Positions 20,918 through 30,340 are shown, counted from the first letter of the stretch. The stretch: 48,493 bases of DNA from Lawsonibacter sp. (GCA_022798855.1 JAAWNI010000001.1:1-48493); one strand, 5' to 3'. The notes: generated by a model from the letters alone, not told the origin. Numbers and translations are program-made.

Positions 20918-21916
20918 ATGACGCTATTTTTGGACTACCGCACAGAAGCCCCGCCCATTCTCAGGGATTTCCTCGTGTATCATGAGACGATCCAGGGACA
21001 TTCCCGGCGGACTGTGGATGAATACTACTTAGACCTGCGGAATTTTTTTCGCTTTCTCAAGCAGAGCAAAAACCTGGTTCCCAAGGATACTCCCATGGAC
21101 AACATCTCCATCGACGACGCGGACCTCGCTTTAGTCCGGGACGTCACGCTGACAGACATCTATTCCTATATGAACTATCTGTCCCGGGACCGCGGCCTGA
21201 ACAACACATCCCGAGCCCGTAAAGTCGCCACCATCCGGTCCTTTTATAAGTACCTCACCAATAAGGCCAAGCTTCTGGAGGCGAACCCTGTCCAGGACCT
21301 GGACTCGCCCAGATTGAAGAAATCCCTGCCGAAATACCTGAATTTAGATGAAAGTCTGGACCTTTTAGACCATGTAGACGGAAAAAACGCCAGCCGGGAC
21401 TACTGCATTCTGACGCTGTTCCTCAACTGCGGCCTGCGTATCTCCGAGCTGGTGGGCCTGAACAAAACGGACGTTCGAGGAGAGCAGCTGCGGGTGCTGG
21501 GCAAGGGCAACAAGGAGCGAATGCTCTTCCTTAACGACGCCTGCCAGCGGGCACTGGAGGACTGGCTCACCGAGCGGGATTCCCTGACACTGGTAGACCA
21601 AAACGCCCTGTTCGTCACCCTCCAAAACCGGCGGCGCATCTCCACGGCGGCGGTCCACAAGCTGGTGAAGAAGCACCTGGCCGCCGCCGGGCTGGACAGC
21701 AGCCAGTACTCCTCCCACAAGCTGCGCCACACCGCCGCCACCTTGATGCTGCAAAATGGCGTGGATGTGCGCACCCTCCAGGAAGTGCTGGGCCACGACC
21801 ACCTGAACACCACCCAGATTTACACCCACGTGGACAGCGAGAACATGCGCACCGCCGCCAAGGCCAACCCTCTGGGGGGCGTAAAGCAGAGAAAAAAGCC
21901 CAAAAAAGAGGAGTAA
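20918..21916 (+). CDS. Xer-family tyrosine recombinase (XerC-like, possibly single-subunit XerS/H type)
   Basis: intact catalytic set GLRISEL, GKGNKER, HKLRH, LGH, TQIY; exact start uncertain (20918 or 20930). Confidence 0.92.
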   Translation: MTLFLDYRTEAPPILRDFLVYHETIQGHSRRTVDEYYLDLRNFFRFLKQSKNLVPKDTPMDNISIDDADLALVRDVTLTDIYSYMNYLSRDRGLNNTSRARKVATIRSFYKYLTNKAKLLEANPVQDLDSPRLKKSLPKYLNLDESLDLLDHVDGKNASRDYCILTLFLNCGLRISELVGLNKTDVRGEQLRVLGKGNKERMLFLNDACQRALEDWLTERDSLTLVDQNALFVTLQNRRRISTAAVHKLVKKHLAAAGLDSSQYSSHKLRHTAATLMLQNGVDVRTLQEVLGHDHLNTTQIYTHVDSENMRTAAKANPLGGVKQRKKPKKEE

Positions 21917-21939
21917 TTTTACAGTTGAGGTGATCGATC

Positions 21940-22305
21940 ATGTATGAGCTCTATTTTGCCGTGGTCATGCTGGCCCCCGCAGCTATGCTGATTGTGGGGC
22001 TGATGTGGAAGATATCCCCTCCCCCCTATCGGTCCAAGGGGCTGGCTTACAGCACGGAGCTGACCCAAAAGGACCCGGATGCCTGGGCGGCGGCCCACCG
22101 CCATTGCGCCAGACTGTGGACCCGCACTGGATTCATCGGCGGAGCGGCCAGCGCCTTTTTGATGGTTCTGTTCAAAGGGAATTACACTTCCTTCTGGATG
22201 TGGCTCATTGTGGGCCAGATGGTGCTGTTCTGTGTGTCGGTGTTTATGATCGACCTGTTCCTGAAAAACACATTTTCCCAGGATAACAGCGAAGAAAACA
22301 AGTAA
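21940..22305 (+). CDS. SdpI/YhfL-like membrane protein
   Basis: PPP...AYST...DAWAAAHRHCARLW pattern, three TM segments. Confidence 0.7.
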   Translation: MYELYFAVVMLAPAAMLIVGLMWKISPPPYRSKGLAYSTELTQKDPDAWAAAHRHCARLWTRTGFIGGAASAFLMVLFKGNYTSFWMWLIVGQMVLFCVSVFMIDLFLKNTFSQDNSEENK

Positions 22306-22312
22306 TTTGGAA

Positions 22313-22348
22313 ATAAAACAGCCTGTCCGTTTGGACAGGCCGTTTTAT
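22313..22348. terminator. bidirectional terminator where the two gene arms converge
   Basis: ATAAAACAGCCTGTCC-GTTT-GGACAGGCCGTTTTAT between convergent stop codons. Confidence 0.8.
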
Positions 22349-22349
22349 G

Positions 22350-23051
22350 TTAATGCCCCGCGATGTATTCCTTCAGTTCATTATGGTACTCATCCAAAGT
22401 GTTATCCATCCGTTTTGTCTGGCGTGCGAGTACAAGGTCCGGCATGTACAGCGGTCGCTTTCCCCCAACCGTCATGGAACGCACACAGCCGATGCAGTAG
22501 ACCACTACATCGTCGCACGGCATCTGTGCCGCCCGCTTTTTTTGAAATTCGGCCACCTGTTCGTTGGGGATGTGGGAATAAAAATTATCGCCGCAGCAGA
22601 TGGATTTTGTCCCGCTGAGCTCCGAATCCACAACTTTAATGTTCATTTTCCGCAAAATATTCCGCACAGCGGCGTGAACCTGCGGTTTTTGGCGGAAGGA
22701 GCAGGAATCATGGACGGATACCGTCAGTCCATCATATTTTGGCAGGCACAGCCCATCTAGGTGGTCCAATATCTCCCAAAAGGTAATGGTTTTGACGCCC
22801 GGATACTCGGAGCGAAACCGGCGGTCACAGCCGGCGCAGTTATTGATAATGACTGCCCCCGCCGGCAGGCCAGGGTCATGGCGGCAGCAGACAGTGTGGA
22901 GCTTCACGGGGGCGAAATGCTCCCGCAGCAGCGCGAGCATCGGCTCCACCAGCTCAGGCGGGTAAAGGCTCATCGCGCAGCCAGGATTAAACCAGCAGTT
23001 CTCCCTGTCAATGCTTGTGAGCGCGACGCTGGGTATGGTTCTTCCGCTCAT
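22350..23051 (-). CDS. CCG-domain (Fe-S)-binding protein
   Basis: PGC, CAGC, HDSC, CCG, YCIGC motifs. Confidence 0.8.
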   Translation of the reverse strand: MSGRTIPSVALTSIDRENCWFNPGCAMSLYPPELVEPMLALLREHFAPVKLHTVCCRHDPGLPAGAVIINNCAGCDRRFRSEYPGVKTITFWEILDHLDGLCLPKYDGLTVSVHDSCSFRQKPQVHAAVRNILRKMNIKVVDSELSGTKSICCGDNFYSHIPNEQVAEFQKKRAAQMPCDDVVVYCIGCVRSMTVGGKRPLYMPDLVLARQTKRMDNTLDEYHNELKEYIAGH

Positions 23052-23069
23052 GACGCTTCCCCTGTTTCA

Positions 23070-24200
23070 TCACATCTTGATCAGCTCATACTCCCGTGTG
23101 CCCAAGCCGATCTTCTCGGCGTGGGCCAGACAGCTGCGCCACTCCGACTCCGGGGTGGAGTTGGTGAAATGGTCGTGGTGGTCGTGGAACTCCGGGTCGG
23201 CCAGGTGCTTGGCCAGCTGGCTGCCCGGCATAGGCTCGGCGGCCATGCAGGCGTCCACGCAGGCCTGGTCCAGGGCCAGGGGGTCGGTGGAGGCGAACAT
23301 GCCGATATTGGGCAGGATGGGCACGTCGTTCTCGGCGTGGCAGTCGCAGTTGGGGGACACATCCACGATTAGGGAGATGTGGAACTGGGGCCGGCCGTCC
23401 ACCACCGCCTTGGTGTACTCCGCCATACGGCAGTTCAGCGCCGCCTGGGCGTTATCATTGGTGAAATAGATGGCGTCGAAGTTGCAGGCCCCCAGGCAGC
23501 GGCCGCAGCCCACACAGTGGGCCTCGTCCACATGCATCTTCCGGGCTTGCTCATCAAAGACCAGCCCGTTATTGGCGCACTCCTTCTGACAGCGGGTACA
23601 GCCCCGGCACTTCTTCTGGTTGATTTTGGGCTTGCCGCTGGCGTGCTGCTCCTTCTTCCCCGCCCGGGAGCCGCAGCCCATGCCAATATTCTTGATAGCG
23701 CCGCCGAAACCGGTCATCTCGTGGCCCTTGAAATGGGTCAGGCTGATAAACACGTCGGCGTCCATAACGGCCCGGCCGATCTTGGCCTTCTCCACATATT
23801 CGCCCCCCTCTACAGGGACCTCCACGTCGTCGGTGCCCTTCAAGCCGTCGCCGATGAGGATGGGGCAGCCCACCGTCAGCGGCGTAAAGCCGTTCTGCCA
23901 GGCGCACTCCAGGTGCTCCAGGGCGTTTTTCCGGCTGCCGGGGTACATGGTGTTGCAGTCGGTGAGGAAGGGCTTGCCCCCCAGCTCCTTGACCACGTCC
24001 ACCACAGCCCGGGCGTAGTTGGGCCGCAGGTAGCTGATGTTGCCCAGCTCGCCGAAGTGCAGTTTGATGGCCACAAATTTGCCCTCCAGCTCCAGGTCCT
24101 GTATGCCCGCCTTTTTAATCAGCTTTTTCAGCTTGGTGGGCAGGCCGTCGCCGTAAGCCTGGGTGTGGAAATCGGTAAAATAAACCTTTGCTTTCTCCAT
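23070..24200 (-). CDS. DUF362 domain protein with 2[4Fe-4S] ferredoxin domain
   Basis: AIKLHFGE, THFKGH, GGAIKNIGMG, CRGCTRCQKEC and CVGCGRCLGAC. Confidence 0.9.
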   Translation of the reverse strand: MEKAKVYFTDFHTQAYGDGLPTKLKKLIKKAGIQDLELEGKFVAIKLHFGELGNISYLRPNYARAVVDVVKELGGKPFLTDCNTMYPGSRKNALEHLECAWQNGFTPLTVGCPILIGDGLKGTDDVEVPVEGGEYVEKAKIGRAVMDADVFISLTHFKGHEMTGFGGAIKNIGMGCGSRAGKKEQHASGKPKINQKKCRGCTRCQKECANNGLVFDEQARKMHVDEAHCVGCGRCLGACNFDAIYFTNDNAQAALNCRMAEYTKAVVDGRPQFHISLIVDVSPNCDCHAENDVPILPNIGMFASTDPLALDQACVDACMAAEPMPGSQLAKHLADPEFHDHHDHFTNSTPESEWRSCLAHAEKIGLGTREYELIKM

Positions 24201-24233
24201 AATCAAGTCTCCTCCTAATGTAAATCTAGGAAA

Positions 24234-24264
24234 ACTATACCATATAAAGTGCCCTTTAAGTCAA
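24234..24264 (-). promoter_or_regulatory. MerR-type promoter (19-bp spacer with internal palindrome)
   Basis: TTGACT-N19-TATAGT containing CTTAAAG-GGCA-CTTTATA. Confidence 0.7.
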
Positions 24265-24271
24265 GAGAAAA

Positions 24272-25213
24272 TTATGCCTTTTCCCGGCGGCTCTCCAAAA
24301 TCCCCGGGATGATGGAGCACAGGGAGCCGGCCACAATGAGGGCCACGCCGGCCAGCATGTTGGCGGATATCTCCTCCCCGTGGACCATCCAGGCCAAAAG
24401 GGGCGACAGGGCGGGCTTGAAGAAGTAGACGAGGGAGACTACGCTGGCCGGCTGGTACTCCATGGCCAGGAAATAGGCGAGGAAGCCCACACCCGCCACG
24501 CCTACAGACACAAAGAGGACATAGGGCAGGTTTTGGAGGGTGTATCCGGCGAAAACGGGAATATTGGCGAAGCTGTCCAGCCCCGCCCCCTGGAAGGCCT
24601 GGGCGGCCGAGGGAATGTGGGAGAGCAGGATGAAGGCCAGCACAATCAGGCTTCCGAACAGGAAGCTGAAACAGGTGACCACCGCGCCGCCGAATTTGGC
24701 CACCTTCCGCTTGCCCATCACTCCGTACAGGGAGAACAGCAGCGTGGACAGCAGGGCTAGGGCAACTCCGGTCATGTTCAGCTTGACGTCCCAGGGGCTG
24801 ATGATGATTACGGTGCCGACGACCTCCAGGGCCAGGGCGGCGTAGTGGCGGGGCTTGATGGGCTCCCCCAGCATGAAGAAGGCCAGGAATGTAACAAATA
24901 CCGGGTTGCAGCTGAACATGACCGCCGCCACCGAGGAATTGGTGTAGCTCACCGCCATCTGGAGGATGGGCATACACAGGGCGATGCCGATCAGGCCCAG
25001 CAGGGCGAAGTAGGCCATAGTGCCCCCGTCCAGACGCTCCCCCCGCTTTTTCAGGCTGTGGAGGGCCACCGGCAGCAGAAACACAAAGCCGATGGCGAAC
25101 CGGCACAGGGTCAGCTGGACCGGGTTGATCTGTCCGGCAATGAATTTCAGCACAACCTCGAAGGAGGTGAACATCACCACCGCCACAGCGATGTAGAAAT
25201 AACCCTTTTTCAT
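24272..25213 (-). CDS. DMT/EamA family transporter
   Basis: about 10 TM segments in two EamA repeats. Confidence 0.88.
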   Translation of the reverse strand: MKKGYFYIAVAVVMFTSFEVVLKFIAGQINPVQLTLCRFAIGFVFLLPVALHSLKKRGERLDGGTMAYFALLGLIGIALCMPILQMAVSYTNSSVAAVMFSCNPVFVTFLAFFMLGEPIKPRHYAALALEVVGTVIIISPWDVKLNMTGVALALLSTLLFSLYGVMGKRKVAKFGGAVVTCFSFLFGSLIVLAFILLSHIPSAAQAFQGAGLDSFANIPVFAGYTLQNLPYVLFVSVGVAGVGFLAYFLAMEYQPASVVSLVYFFKPALSPLLAWMVHGEEISANMLAGVALIVAGSLCSIIPGILESRREKA

Positions 25214-25263
25214 GCGGCCTCTCCCCTTTTTTCGATTCTGGAATGACTATATACTTCGCCCAA

Positions 25264-25722
25264 TCACATTAGAGCACGCTTAAAGTCCTCGTACATCTCG
25301 AATACAATTTTTAAAATCTCTTCCAAATCCTCATATGTTCCAAAAACCGGATTTTTGATGCGGTAGTTCACATCAATCAACCGTCTGGAATATGTACTCC
25401 AGGGAGCGCCAAGGAGCAGGACGCCGCCCTCCTCCACCACCCAGACCAGTTCAGCAATGCCGTACCGCAGGATGATGTGGATATTAAACGTGTATTTTCC
25501 GATGCACTCCTCTTTGATTCTGTAAAATTTCTCTCTGGTGTTAAACTGCGGCGAATATCCTGCCGCACGGATCATCGCCATCACTTCTTCCCCATCCATA
25601 TAAATCAAGCGATCATCCGGCGGTGTTTTGGCCGCACTGAAACGGGCGGATAATTTTTCATACCGCTCAACAAAGTTGATGTTCAGCAGGGCGTCTTTTA
25701 TTTTGGGGTTCAGTTCAGTCAT
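25264..25722 (-). CDS. hypothetical protein
   Basis: MTELNPKIKDALLNINFVERYEKLS...; lower-GC ORF; start inferred. Confidence 0.7.
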   Translation of the reverse strand: MTELNPKIKDALLNINFVERYEKLSARFSAAKTPPDDRLIYMDGEEVMAMIRAAGYSPQFNTREKFYRIKEECIGKYTFNIHIILRYGIAELVWVVEEGGVLLLGAPWSTYSRRLIDVNYRIKNPVFGTYEDLEEILKIVFEMYEDFKRALM

Positions 25723-25727
25723 TTTTT

Positions 25728-26180
25728 CTATGCAATCCAGATGTGTATTACCGGGTGTCCGGTCTGCCCCGCATATTGACACAACTCAATTAAATCTTTC
25801 ACTGCGGCTATTGCCTCTGGCGGCAACGATTCCTTCAAGCCCATGGCCTGATACCACGCTTCCGCCAGAGGGGCCGCATCCTTAATTTCGATGGCGGCAA
25901 AATACTTCTCCCACTCCTCTGACACGATGAAAAACCCACGGTCCTCCGCATCAAAGTAGCAGGTCAAACCCTCGCGGAACGGAACTGGTTTCTGAGGAGA
26001 AAAGGCGGCTGCGCATTCGGACAGAGTCTGTAAATCTCTGGGGAGCAGGTGCAGAGAAAAGTCCGCCTTTCGGGCCATTCGCTGGTTTAACGCCTGGTAA
26101 TCCGCCGTTTCAAGAGCTTCCAGCATCTCCTTTGTATCCTCGGTCCGGCCGCCCGCGCAAAAAATCAAAGAAAGCCCCAT
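25728..26180 (-). CDS. hypothetical protein
   Basis: 150-aa ORF with AGGAG RBS directly after the tyrS stop. Confidence 0.7.
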   Translation of the reverse strand: MGLSLIFCAGGRTEDTKEMLEALETADYQALNQRMARKADFSLHLLPRDLQTLSECAAAFSPQKPVPFREGLTCYFDAEDRGFFIVSEEWEKYFAAIEIKDAAPLAEAWYQAMGLKESLPPEAIAAVKDLIELCQYAGQTGHPVIHIWIA

Positions 26181-26192
26181 AACAAGCTCCTG

Positions 26193-27416
26193 TCACATGC
26201 GGGCCCGGTGGTACACTTTTTTGCCCTTCTTCACCATCAGGCCGTCGCCGGACAGGTCGCCGGCAGTGTAGCTGACGGTGGCGGCGGCCACCTTCTCGCC
26301 GTTGACCTCCACTCCGCCCTGCTCCACCAGGCGGCGGGCTTCCTTTTTGGAGGGGGCCAGCTTGCACTTGACCATCAGGTCCAGCACGCCGATGGCGCCG
26401 TCGGTGAGGTCGGCGTCGGTAAGCTGGGTGGCGGGCACGTTGGACATGTCGCCGCCCCCCACAAACAGGGCCTTGGCGGCTTCCTGGGCCTTGACGGCCT
26501 CCTCCTCCCCGTGGACCAGCTTGGTCAGCTCAAAGGCCAGGATTTCCTTGGCGGTGTTCAGCTGGCTGCCCTCCCACCGGTCCATCTCGTCGATCTGCTC
26601 CAGGGGCAGGAAGGTGAGCATCCGCAGGCACTTGAGGACGTCGCCGTCCCCCACGTTGCGCCAGTACTGGTAGAATTCGTAGGGGGAGGTCTTATTGGGG
26701 TCCAGCCACACCGCGCCCTTGGCGGTCTTGCCCATCTTTTTGCCCTCGGAGTTGAGCAGAAGGGTAATGGTCATGGCGTGGGCGTCCTTGCCCAGCTTGC
26801 GGCGGATGAGCTCGGTGCCCCCCAGCATGTTGGACCACTGGTCGTCGCCGCCGAACTGCATGTTGCAGCCGTGGTGCTGGAACAGGTAGTAGAAGTCGTA
26901 GGACTGCATGATCATATAGTTGAACTCCAGGAAGGACAGCCCCTTTTCCATCCGCTGCTTGTAGCACTCCGCCCGGAGCATGTTGTTCACCGAGAAGCAG
27001 GCCCCCACATCCCGCAGGACCTCGATATAGTTCAGCTTCATCAGCCAATCGGCGTTGTTGATCATCATGGCCTTGCCCTCGCCGAACTCGATGAACCGCT
27101 CCATCTGCTTTTTAAAACAGTCGCAGTTGTGGCAGATGGTCTCCTCGGTCATCATGGAGCGCATGTCGGTGCGGCCGGAGGGGTCGCCAATCATGCCGGT
27201 CCCCCCGCCGATGAGGGCGATGGGCCGGTTGCCCGCCATCTGCAAGCGCTTCATCAGGCACAGGGCCATGAAGTGGCCCACGTGGAGGGAGTCGGCGGTG
27301 GGGTCGAAGCCGATGTAAAATACGGCCTTCCCCTCGTTGATCATCTTGGAAATTTCCTCTTCATTGGTCACCTGGGCGATAAGCCCCCGGGCCTTCAGTT
27401 CCTCATAACAAGTCAT
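26193..27416 (-). CDS. tyrS: tyrosine--tRNA ligase
   Basis: [27 protein letters not shown]-terminal S4 domain. Confidence 0.97.
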   Translation of the reverse strand: MTCYEELKARGLIAQVTNEEEISKMINEGKAVFYIGFDPTADSLHVGHFMALCLMKRLQMAGNRPIALIGGGTGMIGDPSGRTDMRSMMTEETICHNCDCFKKQMERFIEFGEGKAMMINNADWLMKLNYIEVLRDVGACFSVNNMLRAECYKQRMEKGLSFLEFNYMIMQSYDFYYLFQHHGCNMQFGGDDQWSNMLGGTELIRRKLGKDAHAMTITLLLNSEGKKMGKTAKGAVWLDPNKTSPYEFYQYWRNVGDGDVLKCLRMLTFLPLEQIDEMDRWEGSQLNTAKEILAFELTKLVHGEEEAVKAQEAAKALFVGGGDMSNVPATQLTDADLTDGAIGVLDLMVKCKLAPSKKEARRLVEQGGVEVNGEKVAAATVSYTAGDLSGDGLMVKKGKKVYHRARM

Positions 27417-27439
27417 CGCAATATCTCCTTTTTTACTAT

Positions 27440-27880
27440 TTATGATTGTTCCCAACTGCCGCCGGCCTCATAGCTGAGGGGGGCGGTATGGGGATAGTCC
27501 TCCTCCGGCCTTTTATGCTTCAAGGCCCAGGCCTGCGGCGGAACGTAGAGGAGCGCTTCAAATTCCATATTCCATATCTCCTTCGCTCCTCCCTGCTCCG
27601 CCTTCTCATAGTAGCCGGGGCCGTTAACCAGAGCCACACAGCGGGAGTACAAAAAAGAATCGTCGCTCATAAGGGGCTCCGCTTTTTTACATTGAGCCGC
27701 CAGCTTTGGCGTGTCCAGTCCGTGCAAAAGCTCGGACATCAGATCGTCAAACTGAAAAATCCTGCCGTCCTCCTGCTGTGCCAGATACTGGATGACAGGG
27801 CGCAGCACCTTGCCGTCGTCCCCCTCATGGGACCAATCACACAGCTCCATGGCATCCCAGAAAAATTGAAATTTGTTCAC
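27440..27880 (-). CDS. DUF4240-like protein
   Basis: FW...[32 protein letters not shown]. Confidence 0.75.
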   Translation of the reverse strand: MNKFQFFWDAMELCDWSHEGDDGKVLRPVIQYLAQQEDGRIFQFDDLMSELLHGLDTPKLAAQCKKAEPLMSDDSFLYSRCVALVNGPGYYEKAEQGGAKEIWNMEFEALLYVPPQAWALKHKRPEEDYPHTAPLSYEAGGSWEQS

Positions 27881-28737
27881 AGCGCTCCCCCTGTCTCAGA
27901 CGGTTCTGTTTGGCGGGCCAGCACCACGTTGTACAGCACCACGCTGCCCACCACGACCATGGCCCCCACCAGAGCGATAGGTCCGATCATCTCATGGTAG
28001 AACACCGCCACCAGAATGGGGTTGAGCACCGGCTCGATGCCGGACACCAGGCTGGCGGTGACAGGCGGGGTGGTTTTCAGGCCCTCGGTGAGCAGGATAT
28101 AGGCCGCCCCCACCTGGAAAATCCCCAGCACCAGCAACGGGGCCAGCACGTTCGGGGTGAACTCCGCCTCATAGCCCAGAAAGGGCAGGCCCACCACCGC
28201 GCTGATCACATCCCCCCAAAAGACGGAGGAGATGGCGTCGCTGTCGGGCATGTCGTTCATCATGAATACCCCGGCATAGGACACCCCGGACAGCAGGGCC
28301 AGGATATTGCCCAGCATCCCCCCTGCCGACAGGCTGTCCACAAAGAACAGCAGAACGCCCCCCAGCACCAGGCCGCAGGCCAGCAGGTCCAGCTTTTGTG
28401 GCCGCTTTCCGAACAGAAGGATGGAAAACAAAATCACGAAAATCGGGGCGGTAAACTGGAGCACGATGGCGTTGGCGGCGGTGGTCAGCTTGTTGGCAAT
28501 GGAAAAGAGGATGTTGGTGCCGCAGACGGCCAGCGCCCCCACCAGCACCCACAGGTTCATTTTGGGCTTGTGGCGGGTGGCCGCCAGATACAGGCCGATG
28601 ACCACCAGGGCGATGGCGGTGCGGCCGCCGTTGATGGCCATGCCGCCCCAAGGGATCAGCTTGATGCACAGCCCCCCGATGCTGTACAGCACAGCGGCTA
28701 GGAACACGCACAGCGTTCCCCTTTGACGCGCTGACAA
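27877..28737 (-). CDS. DMT/EamA family transporter under Tyr T-box control
   Basis: TTAANAIVLQFTAP, IEPVLNPILV; TTG start after AAGGAAG. Confidence 0.88.
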   Translation of the reverse strand: MSARQRGTLCVFLAAVLYSIGGLCIKLIPWGGMAINGGRTAIALVVIGLYLAATRHKPKMNLWVLVGALAVCGTNILFSIANKLTTAANAIVLQFTAPIFVILFSILLFGKRPQKLDLLACGLVLGGVLLFFVDSLSAGGMLGNILALLSGVSYAGVFMMNDMPDSDAISSVFWGDVISAVVGLPFLGYEAEFTPNVLAPLLVLGIFQVGAAYILLTEGLKTTPPVTASLVSGIEPVLNPILVAVFYHEMIGPIALVGAMVVVGSVVLYNVVLARQTEPSETGGAL

Positions 28738-28754
28738 AACAATCACTTCCTTAC

Positions 28755-29021
28755 AAAAAGCCCTCCGCCCGAGCAATTCGGACAGAGGGCGTAATAAACG
28801 CGGTACCACCTCTGGTTTGCCCGCCCCTCGCGGGGCGGACCTCGTGGAGCCTGGAGCTCCGGCGCGGTAACGGGCGCGGCCCGGCCTGTCCCCTACTGCG
28901 CTCAAGCGGTTCGGGCGGCTGCTCCAAGGGGTATTCACAGGGCGCTCCCCTCCCCCGTTTCACCAGCCCGGGGGCTCTCTGCGCGGGAAATCGCGGTGCT
29001 ACTTGTCCTTTTCGTCACAGT
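28755..29021 (-). ncRNA. T-box riboswitch with tyrosine specifier (UAC)
   Basis: minus strand: AGTA, AGAGA and GGTGAAA stem I motifs; specifier loop GAA-TAC (28931-28933); T-box AGAGGTGGTACCGCG; terminator GCCCTCTGTCCGA...TCGGGCGGAGGGC-TTTTT; tyrS downstream. Confidence 0.93.
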
Positions 29022-29027
29022 AGCCAC

Positions 29028-29056
29028 ACTTTACCACAGTTTTGTGCCTTTGTCAA
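29028..29056 (-). promoter_or_regulatory. sigma-A promoter of the T-box leader
   Basis: TTGACA-N17-TAAAGT with TG extended -10. Confidence 0.75.
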
Positions 29057-29073
29057 CCGAAAAAAGACATTTA

Positions 29074-29129
29074 GAAGCTGTACCAATTTTGGCCGCAAAG
29101 ATATGTACTGAGACTATTGGTACAGCTTC
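29074..29129. mobile_element. 56-bp MITE-like element
   Basis: 14-bp perfect terminal IR GAAGCTGTACCAAT/ATTGGTACAGCTTC flanked by TTA direct repeats. Confidence 0.55.
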
Positions 29130-29597
29130 TTAGGTAAAGAACCGGTTCGGGCCAAAGCACACCCTTTTTTCGTCAATAAGCGCGCGAAGCCTCTCCAGGC
29201 GCTGGGCAAGCCGCTGCCTTTTCTCATCAAAATCCTGATCGTCGTAATCTACGAAGGAAGCCCATTCATCCACACTGCCGCTGATATCATCATAAAGATA
29301 CTGGCAGAAGTCGATCATGCTGGTATGGGAAAGGTATTCAAACACCTTATCCTTGTTCTCTTTGACGGGGCCGCTCCCTTCATGTTCGTAGAAAATATAG
29401 CAGTTCCAATAGCTTACAACGCACAGCATTCTTCCTGGCTCCAGATTTCCGCAGACGCAAAAGGGGCACAGCGTCTCCAGCCCGTGAACCGCCTGTTCCA
29501 CCCATTCGATCCCAACATCAGTCAGGTAGCTCAGGCCGTATACAGATGTACCCTCCAGGCTGAAATCCGACCAGCCGGCTTGGGGTTTTGTCAGCAT
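29130..29597 (-). CDS. hypothetical protein
   Basis: MLTKPQAGWSDFSL...; GGAGG upstream of ATG 29597. Confidence 0.75.
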   Translation of the reverse strand: MLTKPQAGWSDFSLEGTSVYGLSYLTDVGIEWVEQAVHGLETLCPFCVCGNLEPGRMLCVVSYWNCYIFYEHEGSGPVKENKDKVFEYLSHTSMIDFCQYLYDDISGSVDEWASFVDYDDQDFDEKRQRLAQRLERLRALIDEKRVCFGPNRFFT

Positions 29598-29723
29598 TTT
29601 CTCACCCTCCAGAATAAATATCCCTTTTAACTTTCGTGTTGATGAAAGTTCCATTTCTTGGTTTTTGTCAAAATAACGATGCAGGCAGCTATCCACCATG
29701 AATAACTGCCTGAAAACTGGAAT

Positions 29724-30088
29724 TTAACAATCTAACGTCTGTAAGTAATTTTCAATTTCCAATGCAGAAGAAACGGCATTGTCTATGATATTTGATGTCA
29801 TTTTTTCTTTATTATTAAAATCTATTTGAGTTTCTGTTATAACCTCTAAGACAGAATACTTTGGCATTACTTCAACATTTTTATTCCATTTGCTATCCTT
29901 CAACAAATTCCAATATTGTTTCCGAATATCTGCTGTTCTGGCGCATAGCCATAATTCAAACCGCATTTTTTCATGGTTTAGCACCATTGCAAATTTTAAC
30001 TTTTTATTTTTCACATAATCGTTTGTGAAATACCATTACTTAATTGTTCCTTATATATTGCTAAACTTTTTTGAATATCGCCTTTCAT
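29724..30088 (-). pseudogene. low-GC gene (DUF7000-like) with internal deletion and frameshift
   Basis: RBS plus MKGDIQKSLAIYKEQLSNG, then an out-of-frame jump to YFTNDYVKNKKLKFAMVLNHEKMRFELWL. Confidence 0.65.
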
Positions 30089-30239
30089 TTTCAAAGCCTC
30101 CCTGCAAATTTCTGTTTGCCGCACTGAATTATATCATGGTCAATTTTCAGTTTCAACCTGTGATCCGTCAAATTGCCGGAGCTCCCGGCAAACAACACAA
30201 AAAGTAAAAGGGAGGAATAAATCAGTGTTTAAGGCTTGT

Positions 30240-30340
30240 TTAGGCGCCGTTTGAAAAATGGAAATATGCCCAACGGCGAAAGATTTTGGCATCAGACAAA
30301 CACAATTTGGGCGTTTTGACATTTTTCAAACAAGCCCTAA
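30240..30340. mobile_element. about 100-bp MITE-like element with imperfect 34-bp terminal IRs
   Basis: left end TTAGGCGCCGTTTGAAAAATGGAAATATGCCCAA versus reverse complement of right end TTAGGGCTTGTTTGAAAAATGTCAAAACGCCCAA. Confidence 0.55.
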
